Below, in pieces: positions 40,069-49,803 of a stretch of DNA of 64,000 nucleotides. Positions within the stretch are counted from its first letter, which is position 1. Each line of letters starts with the position of its first letter. Below the pieces are notes generated by a model, which saw only the letters and a list, made by a program, of their open reading frames with translations, did no database searches and had not been told where the DNA came from. The stretch lies in IMG/VR virus record IMGVR_UViG_3300021399_000098, one strand, 5' to 3'. The position numbers and the translations under genes were made by a program. The DNA comes from a virus (taxonomy: Duplodnaviria; Caudoviricetes).

Positions 40069-40680
40069 ATGAAGGAATTTTTAATGGAAGATAGTAATGT
40101 TGGACACATCAATTCTGATGTATCAATCTGTGTTCACAAATATGAACAAGCCAAAAAAAATGACAATTTTAATGATAGAATCAAAGAATATTTAAATAGG
40201 TGGAAAAAGTTAGGATTTTTGGAAGGATTTCCAGAGGATAGAAAGGAAGAGCTAGCATTTGCATTTGAACAGCTTGCAGTGTTCTTGATTTTCTGTGAAG
40301 ATGACCAAACTGACAGGTTGTTCGATAAGGATGAATACGGCAATCGCCCATTTGAAACGGTTGGTTTTCCAATGACAAGAAGAATTATTGGAAACTTAGA
40401 GCCAAATGTATTTGATTTCCAAAAGTTTTTGGAGTATTGCAAGATATTCAACGTAAATGACATCATTAGATTTTTAGAAACTAATAAATTATGCTTTCAA
40501 CGCATTGACTATGAGGCAGAAGGTGTAGCTATATGTTGTGAAATGATTGAAAAGAAATTTAAAAATCCTGACAGAAATGATAAGGAAATCAAAGACGAAA
40601 GTCTTGACAGATTTTATAAAATAATTGAGGATAAAAAGAAACAGAATGAAGGAACTAGTAGTGATAATACCAATGCATGA
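40069..40680 (+). CDS. Hypothetical protein resembling the N-terminal part of T4-gp23-type major capsid proteins
   Basis: RWKKLGFLEG...LAFAFEQLA...FETVGFPMTRRI; resemblance from recall only. Confidence 0.45.
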   Translation: MKEFLMEDSNVGHINSDVSICVHKYEQAKKNDNFNDRIKEYLNRWKKLGFLEGFPEDRKEELAFAFEQLAVFLIFCEDDQTDRLFDKDEYGNRPFETVGFPMTRRIIGNLEPNVFDFQKFLEYCKIFNVNDIIRFLETNKLCFQRIDYEAEGVAICCEMIEKKFKNPDRNDKEIKDESLDRFYKIIEDKKKQNEGTSSDNTNA

Positions 40681-41422
40681 ATTTGGTAAAGAAAATATTG
40701 AGTTGTTAAATAAAGCCGTTGATTCAGTACCAAATGAAATCAATGTATTACTTTCAGTACCAAAGGGCATTGATGGGAAGAAATTGAAGGGAATCAGTGA
40801 CAGACTTGGTGTTATATCTGAATCAGAAGGTAGTTCTTTTGCTGAACTTGTAAACGCTGCCGTTGATAATATTGAAGAGAAGTGGTTCTCAATTCTTGAG
40901 TTCGATGATACATATACACCTATTTGGTTTGATAACGTCAAGAAATATATGGAATATATGCCAGAGGTAAGCGTGTTCATGCCTTTGGAAGATGTAGTTG
41001 ATTTCAACAACTCAAAATATATTGGATTCGGAAATGAAGCAGCATGGGCATCTTCATTCTCAAACGAAATCGGTTACATTGACAATGAATGTCTTCAGAA
41101 CTATTTTGATTTCTACCTAACAGGTAGTATTTTCAACACTGCCGATTGGAAAGAAATCGGAGGACTGAAACCATCCATCAAAGTAACGTTTTGGTACGAA
41201 TTCCTTCTTCGCCTAACAAATAAGTCAAAGAAAGTGTATGTAATTCCAAAGGTGGGATATATACACGCACTAGGAAGAAAGGGTTCTTTGATTGAAACTT
41301 ATAAGAGCACGATGTCAAAGGAAGAAACACAATGGTGGTTCGACCTTGCAAAACGTGAATATTACTTTAAGGAAGACAGAAAGAAGGAATATAAGAAAAC
41401 AGAAGATAATACCGAAGAATAA
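40646..41422 (+). CDS. Glycosyltransferase, GT2-like
   Basis: VVIIPMH, WFSILEFDD, IGGLK and WYEFLLR motifs; start at MKELVV. Confidence 0.75.
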   Translation: MKELVVIIPMHEFGKENIELLNKAVDSVPNEINVLLSVPKGIDGKKLKGISDRLGVISESEGSSFAELVNAAVDNIEEKWFSILEFDDTYTPIWFDNVKKYMEYMPEVSVFMPLEDVVDFNNSKYIGFGNEAAWASSFSNEIGYIDNECLQNYFDFYLTGSIFNTADWKEIGGLKPSIKVTFWYEFLLRLTNKSKKVYVIPKVGYIHALGRKGSLIETYKSTMSKEETQWWFDLAKREYYFKEDRKKEYKKTEDNTEE

Positions 41423-41433
41423 ATTAGTTATTG

Positions 41434-41470
41434 AAAAATGGCATTAATCTTTTATGGTTAGTGCCATTTT
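41434..41470 (+). terminator. Intrinsic terminator
   Basis: aaaatggcattaatc/ggttagtgccatttt stem. Confidence 0.65.
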
Positions 41471-41619
41471 AAATGCATCAAAACGGCAGCACAAAGATTT
41501 TCTCTTGAAAATGTGAAAGAAAGTGTGTTGAAAATACGCAGATTTGCCTTTGATAAAATATTTAGTAATAAAATAATAACTAAACAGGGGATATTTCCTA
41601 AATATAAATATCATTAGCT

Positions 41620-42396
41620 ATGCCAGAAATTTGCGTAACCGAAGAAAAAGTTAAGAAAAAAAGAGGCAGAAAACCTTCCAAGGAAAGGAAAGGCTATTTC
41701 TACGAAGAACAAGAGAAAGCTGTTGTGGATTACATTTCAACTGACGATGAGAAGGTTAAGAACAGAATCTTCAATGCTACGTTGAAACCAGCATTCACTA
41801 AAATGATAGAATCAATCATTAGAAGATATAATTTATATCCACCTGACGAAGAATTCAAAGAGACATTCGATGATACAATATCATTTTTAATGACAAAGTT
41901 GTCTTGTTTCGACCCCACCACGAATTATAAAGCATATTCATACTGTGGAACAATTTGTAAAAACTACCTCATCTACAAAATCAACCAATTTTCCAAAAAT
42001 CAGAAAAGAAACCTATCGTATGACTCACCTTATGAGTCAAGCATTCAAAGTGACATTAATGACAGTTTAAGGTATTCTTATGATGAAAGTGACCCAAGGA
42101 AAACGTTTTTGTCAGAGCTTACTTGCAATACCGTATCCAACATTGAAAAGATATTGTCTGAAAAGGACAAAATGAAACTAAACGAAAATGAAATAAAGGT
42201 TGGTCAAGCATTGGTCAACCTAATGAAAAACTGGGATGAACTTTTTGCCCAAATGGGTAGTGATAAGTTTAACAAAAGTTCTATTTTATTGTTCTTGAAA
42301 GAAACTACCATGTTAAGCACAAAAGAAATCAGGGATGCCATCAGAGTTTACAAAAAAAGATATTATGATGTTAAGTGGAAACTAATCAATGAATAA
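41620..42396 (+). CDS. Phage sigma-factor-like protein (T4 gp55-like region 2)
   Basis: KMIESIIRRY...TKLSCFDPTTNYKAYSYCGTICKNYL resembles sigma region 2. Confidence 0.6.
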   Translation: MPEICVTEEKVKKKRGRKPSKERKGYFYEEQEKAVVDYISTDDEKVKNRIFNATLKPAFTKMIESIIRRYNLYPPDEEFKETFDDTISFLMTKLSCFDPTTNYKAYSYCGTICKNYLIYKINQFSKNQKRNLSYDSPYESSIQSDINDSLRYSYDESDPRKTFLSELTCNTVSNIEKILSEKDKMKLNENEIKVGQALVNLMKNWDELFAQMGSDKFNKSSILLFLKETTMLSTKEIRDAIRVYKKRYYDVKWKLINE

Positions 42397-42432
42397 ATGA
42401 AAATTATAATATTTATAAACAAAGATTAGACT

Positions 42433-42831
42433 ATGGGTAAACTTAAAATAGAACTTAATGATACCCAAAACATAAGAGACCTTTTGCAAGAAGCCTACAG
42501 ATTGGCCGATGAACAGATTATACAAGCTCAGAACGAGATTAACAAGCTTTCTGTGGCCACCGAACTACAGAATGAACCAATGGAGGCTAGAAGCAAATAT
42601 GCAAAGGCTATAAACGATTATTTGGGTATGAAAGACAAGGCAATATCAAAGAAAATAGATATTGCGAAAATACTAACGGACATATATCATCATAACGGTG
42701 ATGTTAAGGAAGCATTTGAACATGGAAGTTCAATGAAGGACATGTCATTCAATTTCGATGACATAAGGAAGATTGTAGATGATTCTTTACAAGAAAAAGA
42801 GCAAACTAAGAAAATAGAACTTAACAAGTAA
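42433..42831 (+). CDS. Hypothetical helical protein
   Basis: 132 aa; TATTTATA at 42410-42417. Confidence 0.65.
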   Translation: MGKLKIELNDTQNIRDLLQEAYRLADEQIIQAQNEINKLSVATELQNEPMEARSKYAKAINDYLGMKDKAISKKIDIAKILTDIYHHNGDVKEAFEHGSSMKDMSFNFDDIRKIVDDSLQEKEQTKKIELNK

Positions 42832-45047
42832 TGGCAAGCGTAAAATCCATGCAAGAGGAAGCAATGGCTTCCATTGATACTGCGAAAGCTATGATTGATA
42901 AAGTAATGTCAATCATGGAAATTGTGCTGGTATCGCCATCTTTGTCATTGTCTTTTGCAACAAACCCTATTGGTTTCTTATTGCAGATACTTAAACACTT
43001 GGGTATTACATACGAAGAGATTAGACTATGGCTTGTTAAGTTCCTAATCTATATAGTGCCTTTGTTGGAGATTTCAGTAAAGGCAGTCTTACTTACGAAC
43101 TTGAAGAACATGATTTCATGTTCAGTTGACCCTAGAATTCCAGATAAATATAGAAAAAGACACAAAGAACATACAAGTTCCACTGGGTATGAAACATCAC
43201 AAGAATATGGAATAGATATAAATATTGAATCCATAGACTTTTTGGATAAGCTTTCTGTCAACCCATTAAGTGAATTCGGTTCTGAAATGTATTTCGGACT
43301 TGAGGGTGTAGAGGATTCATATAAATTCGCAAGAGCAGATGACTTCGATGCATTCTTGTGGTTTGTAATACATAAAGGCAAGTTCCCTAACTCTTCTATA
43401 ATAGCAAACTTTGAAGGTAGTAGTTTCTCTCCTAACAGCATTACACATGAAGAGCCTACACTTACACCTAGCAGTGGAAGCTTGCTAAGTCAAGTTGAGG
43501 TTATATATCCAAAACATTCTTCTACCATTCTGTTAGGAAACACGTTTACATACCCCAAAGGTCATGTAATATCAATGTGTATTGACAGAAAGTTAGACGA
43601 ATCAAACTACACGGTAAGAAACACATTGGTTCCAGTATCAGATGACTGGTCTTCAGTCAATTGGTACGCAAGGAGAGCTAGCCAACTTGGTAAAAACTTG
43701 GGATTTGGATGGAGTGCCAATTGGTCAGACCCAACAGCAACCACTAGGTTTAGAAAGGGTAAAAAAGGTAGAAACTATGACAAGGAAAGGGCTTTATGTA
43801 ATTTACAGTACATAGACCAAGCATCAAGCGATTCTCCTATTACTGGACTAGTAAACAACAAGCTACGCTTCACCATTCTACCAAAACCATACATACATAT
43901 ACCTCAGATAAGTAAAGGAGAGCCACCTTGGAGATTTAAAAAGATGCTGTTTGATTCTAGCGGTAACTACGATTCAAACGGAAAATACACATTTGCAAAG
44001 ACTCCTACAGAAAGTATAAGTGACGGAACTATTTCATTCAAAGGCATAGATGGTGGAGTTACAATGAGCATTAAGTCTGGTAAAGTCACGGTTGGAGACC
44101 CTAAAGAATTGGTTAAAAACTTGATGGAGTGCTATCCAGGACTTACAATCTTTGAGTTCAACTATGACTATGTAATGAGCCTTAAGCTGTTTGATGCGAA
44201 GGTGTTGGCAACAGCACTGTTGGACTCATTGATTAATGCTAGAATGGGTGTCAACTTGGGGTTCAAAAAAGAACATCAAGACGCAACAGAAGCTTTAAAA
44301 GAAATAATCAAGTCAATTATAAACACTGATGATTCAGAAGTAAACAACTGCTATTATACATTTGATAACAGTAAATATGAATCATTGTTAAGGAGAAGTG
44401 AAGAGAAAAGGGCTAGACAAGAAAGGTTTGGAAACACCACAAGGGAATTAGGTTCTTTTGAAAGTGTGGATGAAATACTTAAAGAATATGACGCAAATGC
44501 TGATTTGCATGAGCAGACTGATATTTTGCATAGGGCAATAACCCAAGCAGCAGTGACCATAAGCGAAGGTGCTGATGATGCCGATAGGTACAAGTTAGAA
44601 TATGATTTCGTGTTCGATTTGGTTGAGAACTTGGTTACTGCCATAGTAAATTCAATTCTAAGTCCTAAAATTCTTTTGCTGTTAGAAGTCAACCAGAAGA
44701 TAATGGGTGGTACTTGGGAAAAGTTCACCATGAGGGATTTGATTCAAGCCATGCAGACTTTGATTGTTTCCATAGTAAAGGAAGTAAAGGATTTGGTCAT
44801 ACAAGAGCTTCTCAAACTAGTGTTGAGTCAGTTAGAGCCTATTATTCAAATGTTGGGCAGCATATTGCTCAGAGAGCAACTTGAAAGCAGTGCAGACAAG
44901 ATTATGGAAATTATTCGTAACTGTCCATCTATTTGGTTTAAATTTGGCAATAGGTACGAAGACACTAAACTTGATACAATTGACTATGCTGACATTGATA
45001 CAAGTTCAACTAACAAGGATGACCAACCTTCAACAAATAACTGTTAA
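42831..45047 (+). CDS. Large hypothetical protein, probably baseplate/virion-associated
   Basis: 738-aa ORF in an operon with the spike gene. Confidence 0.55.
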   Translation: MASVKSMQEEAMASIDTAKAMIDKVMSIMEIVLVSPSLSLSFATNPIGFLLQILKHLGITYEEIRLWLVKFLIYIVPLLEISVKAVLLTNLKNMISCSVDPRIPDKYRKRHKEHTSSTGYETSQEYGIDINIESIDFLDKLSVNPLSEFGSEMYFGLEGVEDSYKFARADDFDAFLWFVIHKGKFPNSSIIANFEGSSFSPNSITHEEPTLTPSSGSLLSQVEVIYPKHSSTILLGNTFTYPKGHVISMCIDRKLDESNYTVRNTLVPVSDDWSSVNWYARRASQLGKNLGFGWSANWSDPTATTRFRKGKKGRNYDKERALCNLQYIDQASSDSPITGLVNNKLRFTILPKPYIHIPQISKGEPPWRFKKMLFDSSGNYDSNGKYTFAKTPTESISDGTISFKGIDGGVTMSIKSGKVTVGDPKELVKNLMECYPGLTIFEFNYDYVMSLKLFDAKVLATALLDSLINARMGVNLGFKKEHQDATEALKEIIKSIINTDDSEVNNCYYTFDNSKYESLLRRSEEKRARQERFGNTTRELGSFESVDEILKEYDANADLHEQTDILHRAITQAAVTISEGADDADRYKLEYDFVFDLVENLVTAIVNSILSPKILLLLEVNQKIMGGTWEKFTMRDLIQAMQTLIVSIVKEVKDLVIQELLKLVLSQLEPIIQMLGSILLREQLESSADKIMEIIRNCPSIWFKFGNRYEDTKLDTIDYADIDTSSTNKDDQPSTNNC

Positions 45048-45060
45048 AAAAACACACAAT

Positions 45061-45453
45061 ATGGGTATTGAGCAAATTTGTCATACTATTACCAATTTTT
45101 TCAACAATATAAGACCTCCATTTCCACAATTGTCGAGGTTACTGTTGGTGTGCTCTATGATTCGTAGACCAGGACTTTCTGTTATACAATCTACAGCAAA
45201 CATAGTTAAGGACTTGAATAAATTGGGTATACCAACTGGACCGATGCCTGACGGTAGTGCAAATTTAACCGTTGCGTTCACTTTTGCAAATACAAAGGAA
45301 ATATATAGAGCAATGAAAAAAGATGCATCAATTCAAGTTGGATTCCAACCTGGTTCTATGACATTGACCGCTTTCGGTGCAAACGCTGGCGGTCCTATTG
45401 CTGTACAAGGAATGAACACCTCTGCTGGTATGGGCTTTGGCGATATAAGTTAA
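45061..45453 (+). CDS. Hypothetical protein
   Basis: Start moved to MGIEQ; Gly-rich C-terminus GANAGGP. Confidence 0.65.
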   Translation: MGIEQICHTITNFFNNIRPPFPQLSRLLLVCSMIRRPGLSVIQSTANIVKDLNKLGIPTGPMPDGSANLTVAFTFANTKEIYRAMKKDASIQVGFQPGSMTLTAFGANAGGPIAVQGMNTSAGMGFGDIS

Positions 45454-45454
45454 A

Positions 45455-45652
45455 ATGATTATGAAAAAAGATATGGATTTTACAAGATTGTCCAACTCAG
45501 AAATTAATATCAAAATAATGGGTTACAATGACGAATATAATGTCAAAAAGGATAAAATAATTCAGTTGGTGCATGAATTGGAGGAACTTGACCACCTCTA
45601 TCAGAAAGCCAATGAGGAACTTAAAAAAAGAGGCGTTTTAAAAGATGGCTAA
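45455..45652 (+). CDS. Small coiled-coil protein
   Basis: 65 aa in the operon. Confidence 0.6.
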   Translation: MIMKKDMDFTRLSNSEINIKIMGYNDEYNVKKDKIIQLVHELEELDHLYQKANEELKKRGVLKDG

Positions 45653-46595
45653 CTTAAAAATAGAAATAGGTGTCGTAAGAGACGTTGAAACTGAGTATTC
45701 TGATTACATTAAGGACAAAGAGCATCAATTAGACCAACCTTTCGGAGGTCTTAGGGTTAGAGTTGAACTTACATCGGACAAAGATAAGAATAAGACAACG
45801 ATTGAGCCTAAAGACTTGCCTTGGGCATTTCCATTGCTTCCGAAAGCGTTTCAAGTCATTCCCAAGATTGGAGAAGGGGCAATGGTGTTGTGTGACGATA
45901 ACCCAAAAAGCCAAAGATACTATATAGGCCCAGTCATATCACAACCGCAGTATAACACAGAGTGTAAGAAAAGAAACGGTGTGTCACTGCTTAATACATC
46001 AATTGCTTCTGATAACAAACCATTGGAAGATGTCAGTGGAAAAATTGTAGGTTCTTTCCCAAACGTTGAAGATGTTGCTGTGGTTGGTAGAGGTGCTGAA
46101 GATGTCATACTTAAATTCAATGACAGCACGAAGGAAAGCGAAGTAGATATTAGAGCTGGCATCAGAAAAGAACCAACCAACGACCCAAACCCAAGCATGA
46201 CTGGAAATATCATATTTAATGAAGTTGACCCAGCATACATACAGTTAAAGTATAAAAGTGGACTGTGCAGCAACCCAGACGCTAACAGCATCATCAATAT
46301 AGTTGCTGATAAAATCAATCTTATAAGCAATAAAGATGATAATGTTGCGCATAACATACATGATAAAAATGGGTTGATTCAAAACGACAAAATATCAGAT
46401 ATTACATGGAATCTACAAGCTGTTCCATTGGGGAACAATCTATATGATTTGTTGATGATAATGAAAGAGTGTATTTTGAATCATGTGCACCCTTGGCCAG
46501 GAAAACCACAATGCGGTGACTGGGGAGGTTATATAAATAAATTAGTTGAATATGATTTGAGCAAAATACTGTCAAAACATGTGAGAACATCATAA
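45645..46595 (+). CDS. Baseplate central spike protein (gpV/gp5-like)
   Basis: N-terminal OB-fold pattern LRVRV...LPWAFPLLP...PKIGEGAMV...RYYIG; C-terminal NHVHP apex motif. Confidence 0.7.
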   Translation: MANLKIEIGVVRDVETEYSDYIKDKEHQLDQPFGGLRVRVELTSDKDKNKTTIEPKDLPWAFPLLPKAFQVIPKIGEGAMVLCDDNPKSQRYYIGPVISQPQYNTECKKRNGVSLLNTSIASDNKPLEDVSGKIVGSFPNVEDVAVVGRGAEDVILKFNDSTKESEVDIRAGIRKEPTNDPNPSMTGNIIFNEVDPAYIQLKYKSGLCSNPDANSIINIVADKINLISNKDDNVAHNIHDKNGLIQNDKISDITWNLQAVPLGNNLYDLLMIMKECILNHVHPWPGKPQCGDWGGYINKLVEYDLSKILSKHVRTS

Positions 46596-46632
46596 AAAAT
46601 AAGCGAATCTTTTTTAGATTCGCTTATTTTTT
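46594..46632. terminator. Bidirectional intrinsic terminator
   Basis: 17-bp perfect stem aaaaaataagcgaatct/agattcgcttatttttt. Confidence 0.85.
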
Positions 46633-46687
46633 GGAACGATAACTTGTTTGTAGTAGTTCCTTATTTTGAATAAATATACAATAATAG

Positions 46688-47224
46688 TTAAAAATCCAAG
46701 TCGTTTTCTATTCGTCTGAAATTTCCATATTCATCTTTAACATATTTATTAAAATCTGGGTCTCTGTAAATAGGCTCATCATCTTCTCTATCTATTCTTT
46801 CCCATCCTTTTGGTAGCCTTTCCCTTGTATGATGCTTATATACAGCATCTTCCCAAGGGTCAATACCTTCACTTAATATTCTATTCACTGATTCTTTCAC
46901 AATATTGTGGATGTAGTTTTCTATATTAAGATTTTTAATTTCACGAAACCTCGGTTCAACTTTATCAGTAGGTTTCTGAATTGTAATTGTTGGTAAATTG
47001 TCAAAAGCATCAATTATCTGATTTGCCCTATCATTGGTGGGGTCAGCATCAAGAACTCTGTAAACTTCTTGCATAAAATCCTCTCTGACTTCATCGACAT
47101 TTATAAAAGTGCCTTCCATCGAAAGTTTTTGCTCATCATCACCCTCTTTCAATATTCTGTTAACTGAATTTCTAACTATATTGTGAAGGTCTGATTCTGT
47201 AAGTCTAATTATTTGTTTATCCAT
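46688..47224 (-). CDS. IRLTESDL-tagged hypothetical protein with two tags
   Basis: MDKQIIRLTESDLHNIVRNSVNRILKE and internal IHNIVKESVNRILSE. Confidence 0.75.
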   Translation of the reverse strand: MDKQIIRLTESDLHNIVRNSVNRILKEGDDEQKLSMEGTFINVDEVREDFMQEVYRVLDADPTNDRANQIIDAFDNLPTITIQKPTDKVEPRFREIKNLNIENYIHNIVKESVNRILSEGIDPWEDAVYKHHTRERLPKGWERIDREDDEPIYRDPDFNKYVKDEYGNFRRIENDLDF

Positions 47225-47281
47225 TGTTTTTAATTGTTTAGCAATATTATTTCTTATAAATATCAGCCTAAGTAAAAAAAC

Positions 47282-48088
47282 TTATTCCCAAACGTCCAAT
47301 ATTTTCGTAATCAACGGATTTCTAACGATGTCTTCCCTAGTGAACTCTGTCACTCCGACTTCATCCAAGTCTATCAAGTGATTTGCAGCGTATTCAAGTC
47401 CACACTCTGACTTTTTATTCACAATGTCTCGTCTGTTCACTTGTCCGCAATCACCAGTGATGATTACCTTACTGTTCTCTCCAATTCTTGTGAGCAATAG
47501 CTTCATATTGTCTTTTGTATACTGTTCAGCTTCATTCACCAAAATTATTGAATCGTCAAATGTTTTTCCCAATGCATAGTTTATAAATTCATATCTTACA
47601 TACCCACTGTTAATCAAGTTTTGTGCCATTATCGTTGGGTCTCCGTTGCCACTGTTTTTAAGGATTTTTGCAATGGTTTCCTCATCACATTCCTTAAACG
47701 GTCTAGTTTTGTCTTCAAAGTCACCCTTTAGGTAGCCAAGGTTCAAGTCCAAACCTCCTGCTGGTGCTGTAGGAACAATCATTATGATGTTGTTATACCT
47801 ACCTTCTTTAAGCTCCCTTAAGGCAAATGAAAGTGAAATGTAAGATTTACCAGTACCTGGAGCACCGATACCAAAACATATTTGGTAATTTTTGTTTTTC
47901 AAAACATTAAGGAAATCTTTTTGCTTTTCGTTTTTGCACTTAATATCCAATTTAAAACTCAAAGCTTTAAGTTGTGTAACCATTCCGCAAGACGTTAGAT
48001 AATTGAGAGCACTGTCTCCTTTCATCTTGTCTTCGATGAACTGTATGTCCAATTCATCAATTCCTTTAAGATTTTTCTTTTTTCCCAT
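47282..48088 (-). CDS. phoH: PhoH-family ATPase
   Basis: GAPGTGKS, LGYLKGD, LLTRIGENSKVIITGD and DIVRNPLI motifs. Confidence 0.88.
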   Translation of the reverse strand: MGKKKNLKGIDELDIQFIEDKMKGDSALNYLTSCGMVTQLKALSFKLDIKCKNEKQKDFLNVLKNKNYQICFGIGAPGTGKSYISLSFALRELKEGRYNNIIMIVPTAPAGGLDLNLGYLKGDFEDKTRPFKECDEETIAKILKNSGNGDPTIMAQNLINSGYVRYEFINYALGKTFDDSIILVNEAEQYTKDNMKLLLTRIGENSKVIITGDCGQVNRRDIVNKKSECGLEYAANHLIDLDEVGVTEFTREDIVRNPLITKILDVWE

Positions 48089-48104
48089 AATTTTTTTAAT
48101 TAAG

Positions 48105-48144
48105 AAAAAAGCGCACTAGTCCATTAAAGAACTAGTGCGCTTTT
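48105..48144 (-). terminator. Intrinsic terminator immediately upstream of phoH
   Basis: 14-bp stem aaaagcgcactagt/actagtgcgctttt with U tract on the minus strand. Confidence 0.7.
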
Positions 48145-48225
48145 GATTATGTAGTATTTAATGTTTTATCCATTAGCATTACATTTATATCTATAAATAT
48201 ATAAAAAGTCATTTTTATATTCATT

Positions 48226-49719
48226 TTAAGCGTATTTGTTGTTTAAATCATCTACAATATCGAATGATAAAACGTCATGGTGTATAATGCTATTCATGCC
48301 GTATTTTATTCTTATATCAACGTAATATCTCTGAGGTATTAAGATGTTCGTGTCAATCACATAGAAGTTGTTTGAGAACGACTTATTGACCCTATCCCAT
48401 TCGATTACGTCAATTTCCCTAGTTCCGTCCTTAATGTATAACCTCAAGTCCATACTATCCAACAATTCGTATGTATTGTATGTGTAAGACGGCTTTCCGT
48501 TTATAACTAGTTTCCTTATGTCACCCCTCTTAATCTGTTCCTTCTCCTTTATTCCGTTAATGCTTGGGTTATAGGTTATGTTCTCAGGCTCAAGTGAATT
48601 TCCTATATTGAAGAAATTAGCAGTTTTTTTAAGCGTAAAATCAAGCTCTACAGCCTCTAATTCTGTTCCTTGGTATACTAACCCATCCCACGTGTCATAA
48701 AGCATCCTATCAGCCTCAAAATCGCTCGTAGAGAGTTTTAAATCTATGTAGTAAATTCCTTTTGATTGCTTCTTTGCCTCAACCTCCAATATTTCGTTTC
48801 CATCAGAGTCTTTTATGACCTCATCCTCGTCATTCCTAATGGTTACTTTTGGATTTGAATCCAAATTCTCAAGGTGCTCTCCAATTGTACAGTACAAATA
48901 CAACTTGTTGTTTTTGTTCAGCACAAAATTAGAGCGGTCATCTGAAACAACATCATTATATCTAGTTTCAACAAATGGTTCAAAGAAGGTGTTCGTCTTG
49001 TCTGTAAGCCAACCCACATAGTTCTCCCATTGACTGTCCATCACCTCTAGCATTGGAGAATATGCCATACCAATTCCAAAGTTCTCAAGTTCTCCGCTCA
49101 AGAACTTGTTAAATGTATCTGTAATATCCAAGTTGATGCATTCGTTTCCGTAATCGAAATGTTGCCTTCCGATGATGATGGAATCTTCACCAGCAGCCCA
49201 TTTATCATATTCTTTTGATAGGGTTTCGTTGTCGTAAATTCCAGCTTCATCCCACTTCAATCCATTTTGTCTTTGAAACCAGTTGCATCCTTCTTCAGAA
49301 ATTAACCTTTGTGGGTCAATAGGAGCTGGAGAATAATACCCAGCATTGAAATAAGTTTTTACATAGTTAAATCCTTTACCCCTATCCCAAGGCTTTGGAA
49401 TAAGGAAAAATATGATGTCAAATGACGCAGCTCTGATTTTTTTATTGTCATTGATTGAACTAGTTTCACACATATGCAACTGTGTGAAATCAGTAGAACT
49501 TGCATTGGTGATATGAAGAGTGTGCTTCATCTTATTTATGTCAATCATAATACCATCGTCAATAAGTTTCTTAACCTTACTGTGGTCGAAATAGAACAAT
49601 GCCCTAGACACTATCGTATCGCGTCCATAAACAAGCTCAGACACAGGATTCAATCCAGTGTTGATTTTACTGTTGCTTACAATAGTGTTGAATTTAGATA
49701 TGTATGTCTTATAAACCAT
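48226..49719 (-). CDS. Hypothetical, probably virion structural protein
   Basis: 497 aa; TATTTATA at 49737-49744. Confidence 0.55.
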   Translation of the reverse strand: MVYKTYISKFNTIVSNSKINTGLNPVSELVYGRDTIVSRALFYFDHSKVKKLIDDGIMIDINKMKHTLHITNASSTDFTQLHMCETSSINDNKKIRAASFDIIFFLIPKPWDRGKGFNYVKTYFNAGYYSPAPIDPQRLISEEGCNWFQRQNGLKWDEAGIYDNETLSKEYDKWAAGEDSIIIGRQHFDYGNECINLDITDTFNKFLSGELENFGIGMAYSPMLEVMDSQWENYVGWLTDKTNTFFEPFVETRYNDVVSDDRSNFVLNKNNKLYLYCTIGEHLENLDSNPKVTIRNDEDEVIKDSDGNEILEVEAKKQSKGIYYIDLKLSTSDFEADRMLYDTWDGLVYQGTELEAVELDFTLKKTANFFNIGNSLEPENITYNPSINGIKEKEQIKRGDIRKLVINGKPSYTYNTYELLDSMDLRLYIKDGTREIDVIEWDRVNKSFSNNFYVIDTNILIPQRYYVDIRIKYGMNSIIHHDVLSFDIVDDLNNKYA

Positions 49720-49749
49720 TTTACTTTTAATTTATATATAAATATCAAA

Positions 49750-49784
49750 AAAAACGAGTTTACATCGTCTGCAAACTCGTTTTT
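49750..49784 (-). terminator. Intrinsic terminator
   Basis: aaaaacgagttt/aaactcgttttt stem. Confidence 0.7.
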
Positions 49785-49803
49785 ATAGTTATGTTATGTT
49801 TTT

